Source: Eledone cirrhosa (lineage: Eukaryota). From it: a stretch of 64,000 nt of DNA. Shown here piece by piece: positions 56,484-64,000 of the stretch. The DNA lies in contig OZ024742.1 of assembly GCA_964016885.1 (NCBI GenBank), forward strand, positions 182,838,001 to 182,902,000, in the 5' to 3' direction. How positions within the stretch are numbered: the stretch's first letter is position 1; the number at the start of each line of letters is the position of its first letter. The notes beneath the pieces are model-generated. The model was not told where the DNA came from and made no database searches. It saw nothing but the letters and a program-made list of their open reading frames with translations. The position numbers and the translations under genes were made by a program.

Positions 56484-59400
56484 ATGACCCTCCCCAAATA
56501 TAACAATATCTGTTTCGACACACGATTTCATATAAAAAACCTCGCAAAACTAATTCATCGCCGCTATGGCATTAGCTTGTGCCAAGCTGAAAGGTTATTG
56601 AAAGACACTGTTTTCTGTTATATAAAAACTACAATAACAACAGAACAAATCCGCTTCTTAAAACACTGTGTTTCCTCCAAAACATACACAACAAACATAT
56701 CAAAACAAGTAAATAATTTATTATTGAACAAAACACAAGCTGAACGGCTAAAACACACAATAACAGTTAATATGAAAAGAACAACATACACAAAAGTCAA
56801 CGCACTCTACAGACAAAAACGCATCAACGGTAAGGAAATCCGAAATCTCATCACAGCAAACGAGAGAGATGACTTCATGAGCGTCATCCGACGCGAAACG
56901 AAATATGCTCAAAACGAATGCTGTAGGCATTTCAAGAAGAAATTAGAATGGATGAATAAGAAAAAACTACAAGAAAGGAAAATCGAATATTCTCAAAAAT
57001 ACCCAGATAACATCGACAACATCCGTATGAGTGATGTAAAACTACCGGAAGAATTTACCAATGACCACACAGTAAATATCTATGGGAACACTTTAATCAG
57101 TGAACAAGAACAACAAATCCTAAAGTTACCACCAAAATTTGCCATCTACAAAAAGATTAATCCTATGGAATGCAAAACGGAGCTGGAAAAGTGTTTCACA
57201 AAAATACGTTGGAATGCAAAGGTAAACAACAACAACAACAATAATAACGGTAGTAGTAATATAAACAATAACTCTGGGTATAGAAATAACAGCCATAACC
57301 ATAACAATGGCAGGAAAGTGAGAAATAGTGATAATGGTAATAATACTAGCGATAGACAGAACAACAACAACCACAATAATAATAATAATAGAAACGTTAA
57401 CCACAGACACAGCAACAGTGACCACAGTAGTAATAACGGTAACAATACGAACAACAACAACAACAATAACCACAGTGGTAATAATGGAAATAGTACATGT
57501 AGCAACATCAACAAAAACAAGAAACATAATAATAGTAACAACCACAATGGTAGAAATAGCAGTAACAACAACAATAACGGTGAAGTAAACAACAATACAT
57601 CTAGCAATCATAACAATAATAATATTAATGCTAAGGATAGAAACAACAACAACCACCATGATAACAATAATAGCAACACACACAACTATGACGATAGAAA
57701 TAACGACAACCCCTTAGAGAAACTATTTTTCAACCCAGCTGACAAAACATATAAGATGGGTAATATCTATCCTACGAGGTTACCCTTTAATAAAAGAGTT
57801 TGCATACCACAACAAATAGATGACGAGACGGAGGCACAGTTCACCATAGCTAGAAATAAGATTAGACAAGTAGTAGACAGGTACACTATGAGACAGAGCA
57901 GACCAGAGGCCCAACAACTTGGGATAAAACCTGTAGAAGGCTTGGTTAGCCTCAAGCAGCGCACAAGGGATGGTGAGGTAGTGTGTCTACCCACAGATAA
58001 GTCTGGTAGGATGTCAATAGATAGCATGCCGAACTACATCGAGGCAATGCAACCCCACATCACCAACACGAGCGAAGTTGCACAACTAACACACGATGGG
58101 AGAGAAAAAATCCTCAACGCTCACATGATGATGTGGACTGACATCCTAAAGCCAAGCAGACGCACTGCCAACAACTTCCAGGCGTCTAACAATGGCATAC
58201 CACCCTTGTATGGGCTCCGCAAAGACCACAAGACAGTCGACGACCCGACAATAGGACCACCAACAAGACCTGTATGCGGAGCTAATATAGCTAGCAACTA
58301 CAGGATCTCCTACTTCCTCTCAATGGTTATACGCCCCATAATCAAGATGTCCCCAGATGTATGTGAAAGTACAGAGGACCTCCTCAGCAGAATCAGTGAG
58401 TGCAACAAAAACAGGAGCCTATCCAACTGCATAATAGGCAGCATGGATGTGGTGTCACTGTACCCATCCATTAACATTGATTTTGCTGTGAAAAGATGTG
58501 TGGAGATGATCATTGAGAGTGAGGTGGAGTTCTGCGACGTCGACACAGACGAACTGGGCCTCCTACTTAGACTTACCTACGACACTGACTACCTAGACAG
58601 CCATGACCTTAGATGTTTCTGCCCTAGTAGACCTATAAGAGGTAGACCCCCCACCATAACCTCAATGGCTAAAAAGACTCCCATAGGAAGGTGGATTGGG
58701 TGGACCAAAGCTATACGGACCCCCCAAAACACTGATCAGGTAAGAAAAATGGTCGCACATGCAATAGGGGCTAGTATCAAAACTACCCTAAAGGGCCACA
58801 TATTTAAGTTCAATGAGAAAATCTACACCCAAAATGAGGGAGCAGCCATCGGCGTCAGCATAGCTGGCGATGTTGCCAACCTTTTCATGGTATGGTGGGA
58901 AAGGAGACTTAAAGATCTCCTTAATGAAAGCTCCATAGACCTCATCATGTACTCTCGTTATGTAGACGATATCAATATAGTTATAAGAACACCCCCACTA
59001 GAGAGCACTAACAAGTTTGATTTAGAACGTAGCACGATGGAAAGCATCCAGCAGATAGCTAATTCCATACACCAGAGTATAACTGTAACTATAGACTTCC
59101 CTTCCAAACACCCTAACAATAGACTACCTGTATTAGACACAGAACTCTGGATTAACACTATAGACGAGAGAGCCCAAATTCTCCACTCACACTATGCTAA
59201 ACCCATGGCCTCCAAATACCTGATACTCAAAAACTCAGCAATGTCCAGTAGTGCTAAGTTTAATATTCTGATCGCAGATTTGGTACGAGTGATGAAGAAT
59301 GTGTCCAGCATGTGCGACCCAACAGAAATGGAAGGACACATCCAACACTTCATCAACCGCATGCAGTTCTCTGGCTACAACCAAAGAGACAGAGTCAGAG

Positions 59401-60116
59401 TATACGAAGGAGCCATGGAAAAGTATAAGACCCTCATAGAACTGGACATGAAAGGAATTTGCCCACTATACAGGAGCAAATCATGGAATAGCTTAGATAG
59501 GGCTAGACATAAGATAGGGAAGGCCACATCATGGTACGACAACCAGAGATATCAGAGTGTCATGTTTGTGGACGCCACCCCTGGAGGGAAATTAGCTAAC
59601 CAGTGTAGAAAGGCCCTGAGAAAGACCCACTTAAAAATAAAGGTGGTAGAAAAGCCAGGAACCACCATAAAATCCCTGATCAGCAAAACCTACCCTTTTA
59701 AGAAAACCCACTGTACCAATAGGAAATGTATCATATGTAAGGTGAACCCCCGGATAAACTGTAAAACTAGAAACGTAGTCTATAGCATAAGATGTACAGA
59801 GGGTACTTGCAGAAACACGACAACAACATACATAGGTGAGACAGCTCGTAGCATAGGTGAAAGGATAGACCAACACTGGGGGGAACTAAAAGGACGAAAA
59901 AACGGGTCAGTACTATACGAACATGCTAGACAACATCATGACGGTAACATAGACAACATAGAAATTAGAATAATATCTAAACATAGGAATGACCCAGCAG
60001 ATAGGCAAATCAGAGAGGCCAGTGAAATAGAAATTAGAAGACCAAAGCTAAACAGAAAGAATGAGTGGAACAACAACAACACCCAAACAAACAACACTGA
60101 CCTAAGAGAAGTATAA
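56484..60116 (+). CDS. Second, identical PLE polyprotein (1210 aa)
   Basis: Same translation as 52347-55979; offset 4137 bp. Confidence 0.97.
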   Translation: MTLPKYNNICFDTRFHIKNLAKLIHRRYGISLCQAERLLKDTVFCYIKTTITTEQIRFLKHCVSSKTYTTNISKQVNNLLLNKTQAERLKHTITVNMKRTTYTKVNALYRQKRINGKEIRNLITANERDDFMSVIRRETKYAQNECCRHFKKKLEWMNKKKLQERKIEYSQKYPDNIDNIRMSDVKLPEEFTNDHTVNIYGNTLISEQEQQILKLPPKFAIYKKINPMECKTELEKCFTKIRWNAKVNNNNNNNNGSSNINNNSGYRNNSHNHNNGRKVRNSDNGNNTSDRQNNNNHNNNNNRNVNHRHSNSDHSSNNGNNTNNNNNNNHSGNNGNSTCSNINKNKKHNNSNNHNGRNSSNNNNNGEVNNNTSSNHNNNNINAKDRNNNNHHDNNNSNTHNYDDRNNDNPLEKLFFNPADKTYKMGNIYPTRLPFNKRVCIPQQIDDETEAQFTIARNKIRQVVDRYTMRQSRPEAQQLGIKPVEGLVSLKQRTRDGEVVCLPTDKSGRMSIDSMPNYIEAMQPHITNTSEVAQLTHDGREKILNAHMMMWTDILKPSRRTANNFQASNNGIPPLYGLRKDHKTVDDPTIGPPTRPVCGANIASNYRISYFLSMVIRPIIKMSPDVCESTEDLLSRISECNKNRSLSNCIIGSMDVVSLYPSINIDFAVKRCVEMIIESEVEFCDVDTDELGLLLRLTYDTDYLDSHDLRCFCPSRPIRGRPPTITSMAKKTPIGRWIGWTKAIRTPQNTDQVRKMVAHAIGASIKTTLKGHIFKFNEKIYTQNEGAAIGVSIAGDVANLFMVWWERRLKDLLNESSIDLIMYSRYVDDINIVIRTPPLESTNKFDLERSTMESIQQIANSIHQSITVTIDFPSKHPNNRLPVLDTELWINTIDERAQILHSHYAKPMASKYLILKNSAMSSSAKFNILIADLVRVMKNVSSMCDPTEMEGHIQHFINRMQFSGYNQRDRVRVYEGAMEKYKTLIELDMKGICPLYRSKSWNSLDRARHKIGKATSWYDNQRYQSVMFVDATPGGKLANQCRKALRKTHLKIKVVEKPGTTIKSLISKTYPFKKTHCTNRKCIICKVNPRINCKTRNVVYSIRCTEGTCRNTTTTYIGETARSIGERIDQHWGELKGRKNGSVLYEHARQHHDGNIDNIEIRIISKHRNDPADRQIREASEIEIRRPKLNRKNEWNNNNTQTNNTDLREV

Positions 60117-60393
60117 ATAAATAAGTAAATTAAATTAAATAAAATAAGATAAATAAATACATACACAAGCACATAAACACACACTAGTCACCCAGCAGAC
60201 AACACTATACACACTAGTCACACATCACACATCACACATAACACTATACACACACGCAAACGCATGCGCAAAGAAGACAAAATAAAATAAGATAAACAAA
60301 CAAGCAAATAAATAAATAAATATATAGACAGACTGAACAAAAAAAAAATGGCGTAGACATACAACACAACAGGAGGAACAATGAATATAACAC

Positions 60394-60431
60394 CACTGAC
60401 GATGTTGCAGATGTGCAACGAAAGATTTATG
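60394..60431 (+). ncRNA. Hammerhead ribozyme motif in terminal pLTR 3
   Basis: Identical to 52122-52159. Confidence 0.7.
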
Positions 60432-60618
60432 TAAACTATATATATATGTGTTTGTCTATATTGTATCTGTATTATTTTTGACCGCCGGTCAGTCAATGGC
60501 AACATTGAGGACCGAGTAAGTTAGATCGCAGATATATATATATAAAAGACAGCGAGAAGCGAAAACCAACCAAACAGTGAGTGTGTTCTGTTATTAATTC
60601 TGGCAATATTACGCAAAT

Positions 60619-60682
60619 ATGACCCTCCCCAAATATAACAATATCTGTTTCGACACACGATTTCATATAAAAAACCTCGCAA

Positions 60683-60687
<5 letters not shown>
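60619..60687 (+). pseudogene. 3' 'tail': first ~23 codons of a third ORF copy, ending in (TA)n
   Basis: atgaccctccccaaa...ctcgcaaaacta followed by (TA)n. Confidence 0.9.
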
Positions 60688-60721
<34 letters not shown>

Positions 60722-63054
60722 TATAAATATACACGAGCGAGCATATATGTCCACACACACATGAACACACACACACATTTTATATAAATAGGGGCGGGTC
60801 AGCGTTTACAATTTTTAAACTACGCTCCGACAATCACACGCAAACATTTACGAACCCAAATAAATATATGAAATGAATACCAACTACACACACAAATGGC
60901 AAATAGAATCTATAACTAAATCAGATACTGGCAATCAAAGACATCCGGTACATAACGAAAGGAATTTCTCGTCTAAACACAGGACCTCAAAATAACGATG
61001 TACTACAGACCCAGGACTTTACCACAATCTTTACCCAAATTTTATTTAGTTATTATTAATCCAGTTAACCAGTTATATAATTGCAATCCCTGTACTTGCA
61101 TATCTTACTATTATTGGGCTAAATGGCGTGTTGAATCGTTAGATCGTCGGACTTCACTGCATTTCTTCAACTTCTTTACGTCTGATTACTAATCCCGCCG
61201 AGGTCAAGTTTGAATTTCATCCTTCTGTGGTCGATAAAATAAACTACTAGCTAAGCACTGGGGTTGATTTAACCAACTTTTAGTATTGATTTTATGACTA
61301 AATTAGATTATTGATGTTGTTGTTATTAATTTCCTGAGATCCTACTGTTTGTGTAAGGCGTTAAAAAAGAAATAGCTGTCCAGCCTTTGCGGATAGAAAA
61401 GGCGTTTCGTTTTTTTCAAACGGCAACTCAAGTATGGGATCTTGCTGCAACACTATACTAGTTCCCGATTCTATAAGATAGTGTTAAGATATTTAATGTA
61501 TTAAATATTTTAACCAGAAATTGATATACAGTGATAATATACACAATATGAATATTGTTTTCATTTTCCAGCAAGTACAGGAAATAGCGACTGATGTATT
61601 TCCGTGTAATTCTGACCTCTCTTGCGAAACTTAGTTTTCACCACCCTAGGCGAGATTAGTGATGAACAATTCATTACGTGTATACACTCATGCAATATCG
61701 ATTTTTCTTACTATGTGGTTAAATTTAGAAAGTCGACTATTTTCGATGGGCTGAAATTTATATTACAACCCAACCCCAAAAGGATTCTAAAGGAATAAAA
61801 AAAAAAACAATGAATTACAGTAATATTGCAGATATCTTCATCAAAACTTAGTCCATACTACCAACAACGAATGAATAAAACCGATATCTCTACATGCGTA
61901 CTTTGCCTTTTATCCTTTCGAGATCGATAAAAAGGGTACCAGTCTAGAAAATTGGGGCCCTCTTTCTCACTCTACCCTTCACTCACTAGAAGAATCTATT
62001 GTGTTCAGACGTGGCTAAATGGACTCCATGGCGTTTTTAAATAACCGAAGAAATGCCGTATGTCAATATGCTACCCCTACAACTTCATCAGGAGTTACGG
62101 GTCCATACCATACCACATGCGTACATAAGAACATAACAGCGTAGACAAATTCATTCCCTCGCTGTAACATTTATGTTGAGTATAATCTTTTGCTTCACAA
62201 ACGTTGAACTGTTTTCCTTGAAGAAATAGAGTTCACCTTTACATAGGATACATGGAAATAGGCAATCTATTTTTGTAAAAAAGTAAAGAATATTTTTCAT
62301 GGGATTATACGTTTAAATATGGTATTATTCGTTGTAAATTTATCAGCGTTGACAAATAGAATTGTTTCGGGATGCAACCCACTTGAAATCAATAAATAAA
62401 ATTTGCATGAATATACATTTTCTTTTTAGGTTAGTGTTGATATACTTAATAGACCGTCTAAACCCGGCTTCGATTCTAAGGAACAAAGTCCACCGATTTT
62501 AAAAGGTTCCTAATTAAGTTAAAATCTTCCAACAAATATGATATAAAAACTACATAAGTTACTATCTTAGTAATGAAATGATTAATAATTGTAGTAAATC
62601 CTGCAAAGTTCTTCATTAATTAATTGAAGTGGAGTATATTTCCTTAGAAATAGGTTCATGATTGAGAATATGTGTGGACTGGTAAAAAGCTAACTAGAAA
62701 TAATTATAATTATGTGATGAGAAAAAAGACATTATTAGTCAATGATTGTATTACGGCAAATATTAGCAAATATTGGCAAAATGCAAGCAAGTAGAGAAAA
62801 TAGGGTAATAAACAACAAAAATATTTCATAGATTAATTATATCACATTTGCAGATTTAGTCTTAATTACCCAACTGTTGTGTAGTGATTTTTATTGTATT
62901 TTCCCCGCACGTGTATCAATTTTCTTTATTATCGTCATGAAATATGGCTGCATCAAAGGTGGGAGATATGAAAATAGATGTTTCATTTCTCGGGAGAGAG
63001 AAAAGAAGAAAAAAAAGAAACCGAGCTAATTCTAATTGAAACAGTAGTAAGAAT

Positions 63055-63273
63055 AATGGTTTCTTATATAGGCACAAGGCCAACAATTTGGGGGGAGGGG
63101 AAAGTCGATTAAATCGACCCCAGTGCGTGACTGGTACTTTATTTTATTGACCCCGTAAGGATGAAAGCCAAAGTTAACCTCGGCGGGATTTGAACTCAGA
63201 TCATAAAGCGCCGTAACTCTATGCTGCAAAGCATGGCGTCCGACCCTCTACCGATACTGCCAATCCACCGCCC
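63055..63273 (-). mobile_element. Full-length SINE family A copy
   Basis: Reverse complement of the 29590-29800 copy. Confidence 0.85.
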
Positions 63274-64000
63274 TCCAATAATGACAAAACAAACAGCAAC
63301 AACGCTAACTCCGAATACTATATATAGCGTAGAAGTGAAAGACGCTCGTCTTGCTAAAAAATAATAGCTAAATCTCTATATCAAAACACTACTTTCTTGT
63401 TAAAAAGAATGTCCCATTGGATAAAGTAGGCCCATAAATGTGTATGAAGGAAGGAATGTGTGTATGCATTGTAAACGCATACATGTCTGAGTTGTTAAGA
63501 AGTTCTGGGTTGTATCCCACTCCTTTTAACATAGCCGTGGGCCGACCCAATGAAACAGTATAGACGTAAACTGTGTGGAAGCAAGTAATAAAGGTAGTAC
63601 TTGCAATTCAATGCATTAAACTTGTCGCGTTGGTTCTGTTTGAGAGATATGTTAAAGGTACACGTGTCTGTGGTATACTTAACCTACTTGCGCATTAAAT
63701 TAACGAGTATGACGTTCAGTTTTGATTGAACAACTGAATGTTCATCGTCGAAACTGATGAAGGCTCGATCATGTATGCATGTAACATAATGTTTGTTGTT
63801 ATTTAACCCCAAATTAACTCTAATTTAGCACATCTATAATTAACAACATTTCAGCTATGACTATACCACCATTTATTCAGATATCTCATACCTAGGATTA
63901 CATTATCTAATGTGGACTTTTATTTTACAATGTATTTGAAGTGTAGTTTATAGAAAATTTGGCTGCTCTTTCTAGCAAATCGAAGGACCACGTAGAAGTT

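Larger units (their letters stand above)
48657..60687. mobile_element. Composite young Penelope-like element insertion: inverted 5'-truncated copy (48657-51715, -) + ~2.2-unit head-to-tail concatemer (51715-60687, +)
   Basis: Near-identical copies; junction ttgtT|gacccagcag at ~51715; both outer ends run into (TA)n. Confidence 0.95.

Noticed and set aside
48600-60730. Target-site duplication or LTR-retrotransposon interpretation of the big element
   Set aside because: The flanks are only (TA)n; no gag, protease, integrase or TG..CA LTR ends. The repeats are PLE pLTRs.

Overview
AT-rich, microsatellite-dense animal genomic DNA. The SINE and microsatellite profile suggests a coleoid cephalopod such as Octopus; this is inference only. 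The only host coding sequence recognised is one 97-bp exon of a BMI1/PCGF-type Polycomb RING gene (38216-38312, +), so most of the window is probably intron. The dominant feature is a very young Penelope-like retroelement (PLE) insertion of about 12 kb in a (TA)n tract (~48657-60687). It is a head-to-tail concatemer of ~2.2 units (period 4137 bp) with two identical intact 1210-aa RT + GIY-YIG ORFs, each containing a 162-aa Asn-rich insert, joined head-to-head to an inverted 5'-truncated copy. Each spacer/pLTR carries an atypical minimal hammerhead-ribozyme (HHR) motif. Its stem II is kept, with a changed sequence, in an older sister-family pLTR at 2.2-2.8 kb, and a third HHR motif lies in an orphan non-coding element at 13.8 kb. 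The rest is four Helitron-type elements, RTE, APE and RLE LINE fragments, a second PLE GIY-YIG fragment, hAT- and piggyBac-like MITEs, two SINE families, three long hairpins/palindromes and large (TA)n arrays. Coordinates of degenerate repeats are approximate and all comparisons were made by eye.
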